Assembly: GCA_020137815.1 (NCBI GenBank)
Contig: CM035355.1
Location: 7,130,001 to 7,194,000, forward strand
From: Hormiphora californensis
Taxonomy: Eukaryota; Animalia; Ctenophora
Direction of reading: 5' to 3'
DNA length: 64,000 nucleotides
Position 1 is the stretch's first letter; each line of letters begins with the position of its first letter. A program made the position numbers and the translations under genes. The notes under the pieces are model-generated. The model was not told the DNA's origin. It saw only the letters and a list, made by a program, of their open reading frames with translations, and ran no database searches. Below, piece after piece: positions 1 to 11,117 of this stretch.

Positions 1-2742
1 TCTAAAACCTGCTTGCAACTTTTCGTTTATCTCCATTGACAACTTGAGAGTCATACCGTTAGCAGCACCCCTCTCCAGAGGTGACTTATATGCCTCGCCG
101 GCCAGCCGTGTTCTCTCACCCGTCTCCACGCGAAGCAACAAGCTCTGAATCACCCGGGTCTTCTTTTGTAGGTCTTTTGTCAGAGTTTCAACGTGGCTTT
201 CGTAAAACTCAATCTTCTCCTGGCGTTTTGCCAAAGCTCGTTGAAGGGAGCACAATCTCTCAATGAGCATTGCCCGGGCTTGATCCATTGTCAGGGTGTA
301 GGCACTACTCTCGCTACTTTGATCCTCTGCCTCGCTGCTTGCTCCGGATCGTGTTCTTGTATCCCGACCATGACTTTCCAGCGAGGTAACTGACTCCGTC
401 CGTCGCATGCTCTCTTCCTGGCGCTCCAGCTGTCTTCGGAACTGGTCAATCTGCCGGAGAAGGTCTTTGTTATCAGCCTGGTGTTTTCGTTTTGATACCA
501 CTGCATTGTTGTTCATGTCAGATAGCTTACACTCAAGATCTGATTTGCAGTCCTCCAGCTCCTTGACCTTGATCTCAAGGGAACTGATCAGGTCAGACGC
601 TTTCTCTGCTTCAGACTTGCTGAGGCTTGACAGTGATTCGAAATCAGTTGACAATTGTTTATGCTTAGCAGTGAGACTGGATAACTGTTCCCTTGACTCA
701 TCTCGATCCTTACAACACTCGTTCAACTTGAGAGTCAGATCGGCATTCTTTGCACCAACTTTTTGGAAATACTCCAAGTTCTCCTTTTCCTTCTCAGACA
801 GTTCGGAGTTCAGCTTCTCAACATATGCTACTTTTTCCTTGATTCCCATCAGCTCACTATCAAGCTGCTGGTTGTTCAAGTAGGCGTTCTTGAGCTCATT
901 CTTTAAGTCGTTGTAGGAATTCAACCTCTCGTCAAGATCTTCGAGTTTGTTAGCAAGATTATTTTTGTCCGTCTCCTGATTTCTAGATTCTGCCAGCACT
1001 TTTTGGTAATCAGAATCTTTATCGAAAAGCTGATCTTTGATTTGCTCCATCTGCTTCATAATTTGTTCCGTTTCAATGCACTTCAGACCATGTTTCTTGG
1101 TAAGCTCATCAAACCGACCCTGCAGATTTTTGTGCTCCAGCTCCAACTTGTCTAACTTGTTCCCGAGGGCATTAGATTGTATTTCCTCGGAATTCTGGTA
1201 TTTATCGATCATCGCCTGGCAATTTGTCCGTATCATGTTGGCCTCCTCTTTAGCTTCCCGTATCTTAGCATCCATCCCGGAGAGCTTGGTCCGTGTTGAC
1301 TGATGAGCATCACATTCAGACTTTAACTTGGAGTTAGCCCACTGGACCTTGATACCAGCGGAGCTCAGATCATCGTTTAGCTTCTTGATTTGTTTCCGTT
1401 GCTCCGTGCACTCGTATACTCTCATATCAAGTTCTTTCTTCAGCTTGATACAATCCTCAGTAGACATGTGTAACTTGGCACGCAACCTTTCATTCTCATC
1501 GGCCTGGTTGGATAGATTCTTGATCAAATTCTCTTTGTTTGCCTGTAACTTTCTCCTGGCATCCATATTTTCTGCAAGACTCTCCTTTGCAACATCTCTC
1601 TCCTTGATGCACTCGATAAACTGCCGGTTAATCTGACCCACCCTGATCTCATGTTGCTTAGTCACCTCACCGATCCTCCTCGTGCTCTCATCATACACGT
1701 GTTTTATTGTCCCGTTAGCCACGTCTAACTCATACTCCAACTTCTTGATTATCTTCCGAAGCTCATCAGCCGATCCATCCCTAACGTCCAGGACAGTGGA
1801 TTCCTTTTTCACGGCTTCATAAGCATCCATCTCATCGATCTCATCAGAGATACTACTGAGAGTTTCATCTCGGCCGTTTCTCATCCTCTCAGATAGGGTC
1901 GGCTGCACCGAGTACCTGTCTAAATCATTCATACTGGCCGATGTGACAGGTTTGGGTTCCATGAGACGGGATGCAAGGTTGTTTAGGGAGGAGAACATGA
2001 CCTTAGCTTCCTCCTTAGCCGGACCCCAGTTGGGAGGGGTCACAGACTTACTCAACTCTGCAATCTTATCACCAAAACTTTGGGCAACAGAAACATCACT
2101 GCTAGCTACAGCCCTCTCGATTTCTGCTACCGCAAGCTTCTCAGTTGCATCTATTACATCTTCTTTTTGAACTGCATCTTCACCTATCTCTTCACAACCT
2201 TCTAGTACAATCTCAGCGAGTTGGGACGTTTCATCAGGATCGTGATCAGTGGGAAATTCTGTAGCGTTAATCTGGGAGTGTGAGATGGTGTCTAGATCCT
2301 CTGTTGGGTAGATCGCATCAAGATTCTGAGTAGGAGAAGTGGACGACAGTATGACTGCTTCTTGGTTACTGTCAATGACTGTATCTTGAACATCGTCTTG
2401 ACCGTTAAGATTTTTGTCAGAGGTCAAACTAATTTCACTATCACACTCTTCTTGGTATTCATCACCATCATCACCGAGGGCATCATCATCACCTAGGATA
2501 TTTCCACCAGGATCTTCTGGGATTTCCTGCTCCTCTACTCCTTCTGGTTCAAACTCTTCTTTGACTTCACATTGGTCTGAATGAGTTAAATCCCCTACAG
2601 CAACTTCGAGTTCTGGAGCTTGATTCAAAGGCTCGATACTATCATCGGTCTGAATGTCTAAAATCGCAGGTCCTTGCCCAGATTTCGCAGGTTTGGTGGT
2701 CTGATGAGGTGATGTGACTAACTCTTCCTCATCGCACAGCAT
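1..2742 (-). CDS. CCDC186: Coiled-coil domain-containing protein 186 (C10orf118/CCCP-1-like); intronless, runs off the window start
   Basis: Manual minus-strand translation from ATG 2742. The segments read give an acidic N-terminus, then IKVQWANSKLKSECDAHQSTRTKL..EAKEEANMIRTNCQAMIDKYQNSEEIQSNAL, MLIERLCSLQRALAKRQEKIEFYESHV..LQKKTRVIQ and GMTLKLSMEINEKLQA, which match hallmark CCDC186 blocks. Start and window edge are in the same frame (914 codons). Absent from the ORF track, presumably because it has no stop in the window. Confidence 0.88.
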   Translation of the reverse strand, partial: MLCDEEELVTSPHQTTKPAKSGQGPAILDIQTDDSIEPLNQAPELEVAVGDLTHSDQCEVKEEFEPEGVEEQEIPEDPGGNILGDDDALGDDGDEYQEECDSEISLTSDKNLNGQDDVQDTVIDSNQEAVILSSTSPTQNLDAIYPTEDLDTISHSQINATEFPTDHDPDETSQLAEIVLEGCEEIGEDAVQKEDVIDATEKLAVAEIERAVASSDVSVAQSFGDKIAELSKSVTPPNWGPAKEEAKVMFSSLNNLASRLMEPKPVTSASMNDLDRYSVQPTLSERMRNGRDETLSSISDEIDEMDAYEAVKKESTVLDVRDGSADELRKIIKKLEYELDVANGTIKHVYDESTRRIGEVTKQHEIRVGQINRQFIECIKERDVAKESLAENMDARRKLQANKENLIKNLSNQADENERLRAKLHMSTEDCIKLKKELDMRVYECTEQRKQIKKLNDDLSSAGIKVQWANSKLKSECDAHQSTRTKLSGMDAKIREAKEEANMIRTNCQAMIDKYQNSEEIQSNALGNKLDKLELEHKNLQGRFDELTKKHGLKCIETEQIMKQMEQIKDQLFDKDSDYQKVLAESRNQETDKNNLANKLEDLDERLNSYNDLKNELKNAYLNNQQLDSELMGIKEKVAYVEKLNSELSEKEKENLEYFQKVGAKNADLTLKLNECCKDRDESREQLSSLTAKHKQLSTDFESLSSLSKSEAEKASDLISSLEIKVKELEDCKSDLECKLSDMNNNAVVSKRKHQADNKDLLRQIDQFRRQLERQEESMRRTESVTSLESHGRDTRTRSGASSEAEDQSSESSAYTLTMDQARAMLIERLCSLQRALAKRQEKIEFYESHVETLTKDLQKKTRVIQSLLLRVETGERTRLAGEAYKSPLERGAANGMTLKLSMEINEKLQAGFR

Positions 2743-3728
2743 TACATTACATCTACAAGTGGGAGGGGTATCTTTTTAGTTGAATCATAATTCAGAGTCA
2801 AACAATCATCGATTCTCGGTTTACGACTGAGGGCTACGACCCTTCAGAAGCGTTATTTTTGGCCCCTAGAGCGCCGTGAAGAGTTTTAGCTAAGCGAAGC
2901 CATGTCCAGTGTGTATAGAATGCTCTTTTTAGGCTTTACGCTCCAGTTGCAGATTGGAGGCTGGCTCCAGTTTCTGGCGCCAGCCTCCAGTCTGCAACTG
3001 GCGCAAGCTGGGAGAGTCCGTGTGCGCGCCAAATCTTCGTTGACTATAACAATAACAATAACATTTAACATTTATAAATCGCTTTTGAGCGAAAAGTGTT
3101 TATCTCGATCGACTTATATTAAAGCGTCCTTTCGATCAAAACTCGCTTTCTAAAGCGCATCTTCGTATCAATGTCCTTCCGAAAGTCCTCGTTGTCATAT
3201 AATTAAATACATAGTTAATAAGTTAATTAAAAAACAGCATAAACTGTCAAATATAATTAATAAATAGTTAATAAGTTAATCCCAACAGCATAAACTGAAC
3301 ACTGAATATCCACAAGATAGAATCATACAAAAGTCTACAAAAATATAGCGCAACAGAGGCCATAGATCTCAACGTAAAAAATTACTACACCAGTCTCAAT
3401 AAGGAACTTGGTCAAACTAGAAGGGTTTTCGATGTGAATTGCATGTAAAGTAGCGCGCGCGGCAGTGTCAGCAGTGTCAGCAGGGGCCTGCTTCATTGTA
3501 ACTAACGTCAGTCGCAAAATCTCTAACTGGACCCTTAGAGTGAATTGGGAGCAAAAAACATTGAAGAAAGCGACTGTTTTTCGTAAAACGAGCAGATTTT
3601 CCAAAAACTGGACTGAAGAATTTCAATAATTTGAGATCATTTCAGATTCATTCATAGCGCGCGGCGTAGAAGCGCTTTAAAACATCGCGCGTTCCGTTAA
3701 AAACGTAAACTTGGCGTCGCACGTACTA

Positions 3729-3800
3729 GTGGAAGCTCTTACGGTAATTCCCACGCACCGTGGGAACATTTCCCACGCCGCGCCCTCTTTTCCCACGCTT
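3729..3800 (+). mobile_element. Left terminal inverted repeat of a TA-flanked DNA transposon family
   Basis: TA|GTGGAAGCTCTTACGGTAATTCCCA..., the inverted counterpart of 8882-8952. Confidence 0.6.
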
Positions 3801-4369
3801 TGCTTTCGACGCGCAAAAAATTATCGCGCGTGACGTCTACTAAAATGTTGAGGATGCAGTTGTTAACAACATTGGGCCAATTTGAGTAGCGCCGCGAGCA
3901 TCGGAGCACTGCAGCAGCAGCACGTCACTGAGAATTTCGTTACAATCACACTGCACACACATGCCACATTGCATCAATGGATTGCATCATTGACGTTGGA
4001 ACATCAATGAGGAACAGTTCGGTGGAAGGGAAACCAGTCCAAGAGTGCTGTCATGGCTGTAACCAGCCCCAGCGTCGTCTAATTACAACGATAAAGTATG
4101 AAAGTTTCACCCTCCGCCGAAACATTCCTAATTGATATATTGGGTACAAAATAAATATTCTCTGATTAGATGGATTTATAACAAATTGAACGCAAAGTTC
4201 TAAGAAGACAGATCACAAACAATTGTTAACTTTATGGACACTACTTATCGATCACAATATATGTATGTCATATTCTCAAAGAGTTTTGTTCAAACCCTAG
4301 AACATGGTAAAAAGAGTTCGTGATCTGATATCCTAATCTAACGATAATTATAGTCCTATAAATCTCAAT

Positions 4370-7300
4370 TTACAGCAGCATCTTGTAGGGAATGCGGACA
4401 GTGACAGCTCCGTGTCTAACTTTATATATATTAGTAGACGTGTCCGATGTCCGTACCGTAGTTAGTCGAATTCCGTTACATTATTATGGGAAACGGGTCT
4501 AACGGCTGATTCAAGGCATCGATTTTAGATACACATATCTTGTAGATGGGATGATATTAATCGTCTAGAGAGGGTGTTGTAACCAGTACTCGGCATAATC
4601 CTGGGAGGGGGAGGGAATGTTAGTTAAAAGAGCGTCCAGTACCATGCTCCTTTTATAATTTGGTTTATCGACTACTAGTAAACCCGTTCGCCCTACGGGC
4701 GAATTTCGGGGAAATGGTATTGGTAGCTGGAATAGGGAACACTGACATCATCAGTCTAACTAATGACATGCACTATCCCATCTTAAGTAACGGTACCTTA
4801 GAAGGAGCTCAGGCGGGATCGCTGCGAGTTTCTGGTTTCAGAACGTCAAATGATGATCCGGCGATCAAAGTTATAAAAGAACTTACTATTTCGTCTGCTT
4901 GCAGTATTCATCTGCCTTAATCTCTGAGATTGATCATCGGTTCTGTTTAACCTCTAACGTCTTGTTCGTTCTCTCTGCACTTCTTTTGGTGATGCTGCAT
5001 TTGAACCCCTCAGTGTATGGAAAAGTAGAGAATAGCGGTGAGATCTTGCGTGAATAACTCCAATTGTCGCTGTCGTATATCAAGAGTTGTTGAAGAGAGC
5101 ATATAATTAGCTGGAACAGTGAAACAGACTAAAGCAAGATCAAATGCACGTGCACGTGCAGTATAACAGTAGCAACCATGCCATTGGCAACGGCTCCGAC
5201 TCCTGGCCCCACTCCAATAGTACTCCACAGTTCACCTCTAGGCTCTAAACCTGCACGTGCTAAATGCCATATAAGGTAAAAAACGTTACACTGGATTTCC
5301 CTATTTGCTTTAATAATAGTATGATTCAAAAAGACAACCGTCTAGCTGAGAAAGAGACACAAATCATCTCTTCTGAGAAGGGATGATTTCAGTCTTCTCC
5401 GCTTCCTTCCTTATCTTAATGTGTCACATGGGGTGGGCCTCTATCAGAAATGACAAGAATCGATAATTTTGTACCTCTCATCTGGCTGGGATCCGAAGTG
5501 GCGGGGCAACTAAAATGTGGTTTGAATGGGAGCCTCTCTCATTATCTCTAGTGCTCGGTCGTGGGTACAGTTAGTCAGGACCTGCAAGGAGAGCTGTTAT
5601 TACATATCTAGGTATGTATGATTGTGTAAAAATTCCCTCTTATTCCCTCTCCTGACTTCCCCTCGACAATGTTCTTATGTTACATTTGTTCGCGGCGTGG
5701 TGAAGCAGGGTGGAACAAGACAATCAGGTTCAGTACTCACCAGCTACACTGAGCAGTGTATCCTTAGGTATAATCTCAGTCGCCACTGCAGGACTACTCA
5801 ACACCCTGATACAGCCCTGGAGTGTGTCGCTACCTCCCTGAATCAGAATGCAGAATGGTGATGCCAAGAGCCTGCCGAACTATTGTCACCGTCACTATTT
5901 GTTCGTAGTGTAGAGTTTTACTGATCGTCAAACCTAGAGGATGAACAGGGTTTAGAGAGATCTGCACTCGGTATCAGGGGAGTGTGAGCAGGTTGTTATG
6001 TTCTGAGTTCTGACCCTCCTAAAAATTTGTAAACACACACAACAAGAATCCCATTCAAAAGAAAGACTATGAAATGCTCTCCATCTCCATCTCCATCTCC
6101 ATCTCCATCTCCATCTCCATCTCCATCTCCATCTCCATCTCCATCTCCATCTCCATCTCCATCTCCATCTCCATCTCCATCTCCATCTCCATCTCCATCT
6201 CCATCTCCATCTCCATCTCCATCTCCATCTCCATCTCCATCTCCATCTCCATCTCCATCTCCATCTCCATCTCCATCTCCATCTCCATCTCCATCTCCAT
6301 CTCCATCTCCATCTCCATCTCCATCTCCATCTCCATCTCCATCTCCATCTCCATCTCCATCTCCATCTCCATCTCCATCTCCATCTCCATCTCCATCTCC
6401 ATCTCCATCTCCATCTCCATCTCCATCTCCATCTCCATCTCCATCTCCATCTCCATCTCCATCTCCATCTCCATCTCCATCTCCATCTCCATCTCCATCT
6501 CCATCTCCATCTCCATCTCCATCTCCATCTCCATCTCCATCTCCATCTCCATCTCCATCTCCATCTCCATCTCCATCTCCATCTCCATCTCCATCTCCAT
6601 CTCCATCTCCATCTCCATCTCCATCTCCATCTCCATCTCCATCTCCATAGTCCATCTCTATCTCTATCTCTATCTCTAACAATTCTCCCTCCCTACTCAC
6701 GGCGGAGTAACTTTTCAGCTGCTATAGTGTAACTTAGCCTACAGTGCAACAAGGTCGAACAAGGCAAGGCAGGCTAGGGGGTGTGATTTGATTGATACTG
6801 GAACTGGTAAGAGATTATAGCAAGTAGCAACGTGTGATCTGAAACTTACTCATGAGTGGTAAGTGCACTGCTATCTCCATCCCCGATATTAAAGAGCATC
6901 TCCAGCTCTGCATCGGATGGGGGCACTGGACAAGATTGGCATTCATTACAGTTAGTCGGACCCTATTCTTGCATTGTCGTAGTAGGCTGCCTGTTCGAAT
7001 GATAGGCCACTAACGGGGACATCGTTTATTGCAGGGACAACGTCACCCGACCGGAGAAGGCCATCTTGGTATATTAGACCTGGGGGAAGAGGTGAGGTCA
7101 GTCAAGACTAGATCTGGTGAAGAGAGGATCAGGACCTGGTGATGGATATGTATTATGTAATCAACAAACCTGGGTTTATATGTAGCGGGTCACCCGCTAG
7201 GGTGATTCGCTGCACCATATACTGCCCGACCTGCGAAGCAGGGAGGGTGGTATATGGTATAAAACCCTACCAAAGGGAGGGGTTTATACTTTATATAAGC

Positions 7301-8288
7301 AAGGATTTATTGATTATAAGTTTTAGCGGCAAAAACATCCTTGCTTTTAATAGCGGGCGGGGTATATCAGACAAATTTTCACCCGCTGACATTCATATAG
7401 GGAAATGGAAGTGAATTTGATACTTTGTTCAAGTGCTCACACTTGCACTCTATGTTCCAAAATCCCCCTCTAAACTATATACAGCGTGCACTAACCTGTT
7501 GACACGATATTCTTGACAGCAAGATGTTCCTGTTCATTTAGACAGAGCGTCATACCAAGCCTGGAATTATTTTCTCTCACAAACTCTACCACAAAGGGCC
7601 GATCCAAATATCTGTCCATCATATTGTACAGAGATGGTCGTGGTGTCGGGTAGATACACAGTGGTTTTACTAAACGATCTTCAACCTAGAGGATGATAGG
7701 GAGAGTTAATATTGTGCCTAGCTGTTAATAACTTTTTCATAGACATACAGTCGGACCCCGATTTAGTGGCATCCTCGGGGAAAAAATCCTGCCACTAAAT
7801 CGGGGGCCACTAAATCGGGGTCCGACTGTATTGCCAATCTCCCTCTTGTGACTTGACTAGATGATAGACTTGACTAGATGATAGAATATGTAGGTCATAG
7901 GTGCCCAGTGGAAAACCCCAACGGGGCACCTACCTATTTTATAATCTAGTGTGTGATCAGGTTACATAGTACCAATGGTACCGTACCATTCGATCTAGTC
8001 TCTCTGTAGGGCCGTATATTCACAGTTAGGAATCTTTTCTTAACATTTTTGTAGATTCTTAGTGCTCCCTCGTGAGACACAGGGACGGCACTCGTGGATG
8101 TCCGGGTGTCCGCGGACACCCAGGCCAAAAAGACGGAGAAAGAAAAGAAAAAATGGAAAAAACCAAAAAGAATGGTGCTCCAACCACAATTTACAATTAC
8201 TACAGAGTACAGAAGGGCAATTGACAATTCTTTATCTTGTGTTACCTGTTTGGAGGTGAGCATCAGCAGCTGCAGCCTGCAGCCCCAT
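4370..8288 (-). CDS. Multi-exon PDZ-domain protein (two PDZ domains, N-terminal hydrophobic stretch); several apparent frameshifts, 3' end uncertain
   Basis: ATG 8288 directly after an AG. Exons ~7686-7496 and ~7079-6849 give FVVEFVRENNSRLGMTLCLNEQEHLAVKNIVSTGLIYQDGLLRSGDVV.AINDVPVSGLSFEQAA (PDZ). Exons ~5933-5740 and ~5581-5475 give IVTVTIVRQALGITILHS..EIIPKDTLLSVAG..LTNCTHDRALEIMREAP (second PDZ). GT-AG boundaries seen; downstream exons near 5115-4886 and 4600-4370 are poorly resolved. Confidence 0.6.
4675..4703 (-). mobile_element. Helitron-like 3' terminus (hairpin then CTAG)
   Basis: Minus strand reads TTCGCCC-GTA-GGGCGAA hairpin, a short spacer, then CTAG followed by T. Confidence 0.4.
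6079..6648. repeat. Pure (CCATCT)n hexanucleotide microsatellite, ~95 copies, intronic
   Basis: Directly visible; the poly-GD/ME/SP/IS ORFs over it are artefacts. Confidence 0.98.
7748..7828. mobile_element. Tc1/pogo-type MITE with TA target duplication
   Basis: TA|CAGTCGGACCCCGATTTAGTGG...CCACTAAATCGGGGTCCGACTG|TA; same family as the LINE-interrupted copy at 30312-35354. Confidence 0.85.
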
Positions 8289-8503
8289 CTGAATGTCTTT
8301 CTTTTATGTAGGGAAACAACGAATCAATGGAGCTATGTCTAAAGAGTAAAAACTAAAAAGTAAAAACAGCAGAAAAAGAAATAATAATAATAAAAGAGGC
8401 CACATGCATCCGGCCTAACAAATTCATTTCTATAAAGTATAAAAACAGCGAACTAGCCATCTGGCTACACAGATAAGATCATGATAAATGTGACAGTAAA
8501 AAG

Positions 8504-8765
8504 CTAATATATATGATAGAGGTCTGTTGTAGGCAGATCACGCCTGCTCCTTCCTCGGTATCCTCGGATAGAACAGGTAATTGACCTCACCATAGAGAAT
8601 GACAGCCGAGTCCGCAGGTGCCTGATACATTCCTCATAAGAGTGGCCGGTCTTCTGGGCCTTCTTTGTGGCGAGTTGCTTCAGGAACATTTTGAATTCAG
8701 TGCCGAAACCTCCTGTTATGGACATCACTAGCGGCGTGAACGACGCTTTCTCGATTTCTGTTACT
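8504..8765 (-). mobile_element. 3' fragment of a CRE-like non-LTR retrotransposon (RLE-type C-terminus)
   Basis: FTPLVMSITGGFG..LATKKAQKTGHSYEECIRHLRTRLSFSMVRS..IRG, homologous to 45223-46088 and 54403-54700. Confidence 0.75.
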
Positions 8766-8881
8766 CGGTGAACATATTTAAAAACTGAATCGAAGAAACA
8801 TATTTAAAAACTGAATCGAAGAAACGATAAATTTGAGAAATCCACGCGCAGCCCAGCTGTTTTGTCAGCACTGTATATGCT

Positions 8882-8952
8882 TTCGGCGTGGGAAAAATGC
8901 GCGCAGCGTGAGAATTTCCCACGCTCATGGGAATTACCGTAAGAGCTTCCAC
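8882..8952 (-). mobile_element. Right terminal inverted repeat matching 3729-3800
   Basis: TGGGAATTACCGTAAGAGCTTCCAC|TA; the outer ~25 nt are an exact reverse complement of the left copy. Confidence 0.6.
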
Positions 8953-9006
8953 TATACAGATTTTGCCCAAAAAAACTGTACGTTTTTTATTTGGTTCGCG
9001 TTTCGC

Positions 9007-10653
9007 TAAAGTCGGATTTTTTGAAACTGTCACCCCCCTGAAATAACAAAATTTGCCATATCTCCGGTTCCTGATAAGATAGAGACTTGAAATTTGGAGG
9101 TTCGGAAGAAGTTTACAAGTTTACAAGTTTACAAATAAAGTTATGGTGATACACAACAGATCTTCCCTTTATGGGTCCACCTAAATAAAAATCAAAATAA
9201 TCGTCTCCTCACGCCCTATCTCTAGACACATACAGCACATTGAGGGGAAATATCGTTGGGAACTGACGGATAACCTCTGACAGGGGGACGGTCATAAAAG
9301 CCTGTCAGGTAATTGCCCAGGGATGATTTGAATTGACCTAAGCTTCCGCAAGAGTTAACGGCCGCTGGCAACTTGTTCCACAGGTGAGCAGCTCTCGGAC
9401 CGAAGGAAGAATGGAACTGATTCGCTCTCCAGGTCTCAGCCCGATATGGAAACGGTGGTGGGACTAACCTCATACCCAACCTTGCACTGTGTTGGAACAC
9501 AAGGTTTGCTGAATTCGGAACAAACCCATGGATCGTCTTCCACACATGTATCAACATATAACGTTGTCTTCTGCGTTGAAGAGACATCAGGTTGAGAACC
9601 TTCAATCTTCCCCAATAATCATGATTCTGCATTCCCTCGAGACGTCTTGTAAAACACCTTTGAACGTTCTCAATTGACTTGATGTCACCAGCCTTTGTTG
9701 GGTTCCAGACCAGGCAACAATACTCCAAAATTGGTCTGACCAGTGATTTGAAGAGTTGTAACATTACCTCTGGTGACCGGTCTCTAAAAACACTGAAAAT
9801 CCATCCAGATAAAAGAGAGGCTTTCCGCACAATGATAGAAATGTGCTTGGACCACGAGCCATCTGAAGACATCTGAACACCCAAGTCACGGACATCGGGT
9901 TCGGGAATCAGTTGAACTCCAGAGTCTGTAGTGTACGAACTCATTTCAGTTGAAAAAGGAAGTTCCTTGAAGATTGCTGATTTGTTCAGTCTATAACTCA
10001 AGAGCTGAAACTTTTGATCATGGAGGACCATATTATTCACTTTGGCCCATTCCGTGACCCTCAGAAAATCTGCCTGCAAGCCAGCCTGATCGACCATATC
10101 TGAAATGGCTTTCATTAACTTAGTATCATCAGCAAAGGTGAGACACATACTGCCATCCAGTACAGACTCCAGATCCAGTATGTAAATAAGGAAGAGAAGA
10201 GGACCCAGGACACTGCCCTGCGCCACCCCGCTGAGCACCTCCACCCATGATGTCCTCACTCCGTCCACCATAACACACTGTTGCCTACCCAGGATCCACG
10301 CACTGATCCACTGAAGTAGTTTTCCTCCGATTCCGTACCTTTTCAACTTGGCCAACAGCACATAGATATCCACTGAATCGAACGCTTTCGAAAAATCTAA
10401 GTAGATCACGTCTACTTCACGGTCCCCACAGAGCTCTGTCAGGATGAAATCAACATGGGATAACAGTTGGGACATAGTACTACGACCTTTCCGAAATCCA
10501 TGTTGTGACATAGTACTACGACCTTTCAGAACTTAGCAAGATCTTCGTAACCTCCAAATTTCAAGTCTTTATCTCGTCAGGAACCGGATTTATGGTCATT
10601 TACGAAATTTGAAAATACCCAGGGGGGTGACAGTTTCAAAAAATCCGACTTTA
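9007..10653. mobile_element. Palindromic MITE interrupted by the CR1 insertion (arms ~9007-9107 and ~10528-10653)
   Basis: TAAAGTCGGATTTTTTGAAACTGTCACCCCCCTG and its reverse complement flank the CR1. Confidence 0.75.
9108..10527 (-). mobile_element. 5'-truncated CR1-clade LINE (RT domain and C-terminus) with (TTGTAAAC)n tail
   Basis: ORF 9222-10511: QHGFRKGRST, YLDFSKAFDSV, SGVAQGSVLGPLLFLIYI, FADDTKL, VRPILEYC..WNP, IENVQR; tandem octamer tail at ~9108-9134. Confidence 0.93.
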
Positions 10654-11117
10654 AAGTTTTTCTTAAAAATCGAAAAAACCCGTCTTAAAAAAGTCTTAAA
10701 AGCTGTCCCCTCCCTTATTCCTAATTGTTTGGGCATTTGGCAACGTAAAGAGAACATGGGGATGTGAATATGTATGCTCGGAGGATTTATACCGAAAAAT
10801 TAAGGTCGCTGCCAGCGTCTGACCTTTGTAATTTAACATTTTCATTTGTCCTTAGTTTCTTTCCAGTCGTCTAAAATAATTGATAGATTCTAACATATCT
10901 CTCAAATCCGACAAAAGAAGCCTTAACCGGTAAACCCGGCAGAACGTGCTGGCCCTTTGCTCTTCGGCCCAGAAAATCCCTGGGTGCCTTGGGCAGTGGC
11001 CCGCATTTTCTCTGTAACTACTAACCGAAACAAATACTTGACGTGTGGCTTGTCTGTTCATCGTGTAAATTATTGTATCTTTTAGGATAGAATGACAGTT
11101 TAGATACTGATCACAAA

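Noticed and set aside
81-2170. Plus-strand ORFs listed in the track
   Set aside because: Antisense shadows of the CCDC186 coiled-coil coding sequence
5996-6700. Poly-GD, poly-ME, poly-SP and poly-IS ORFs
   Set aside because: All are readings of the (CCATCT)n microsatellite inside an intron
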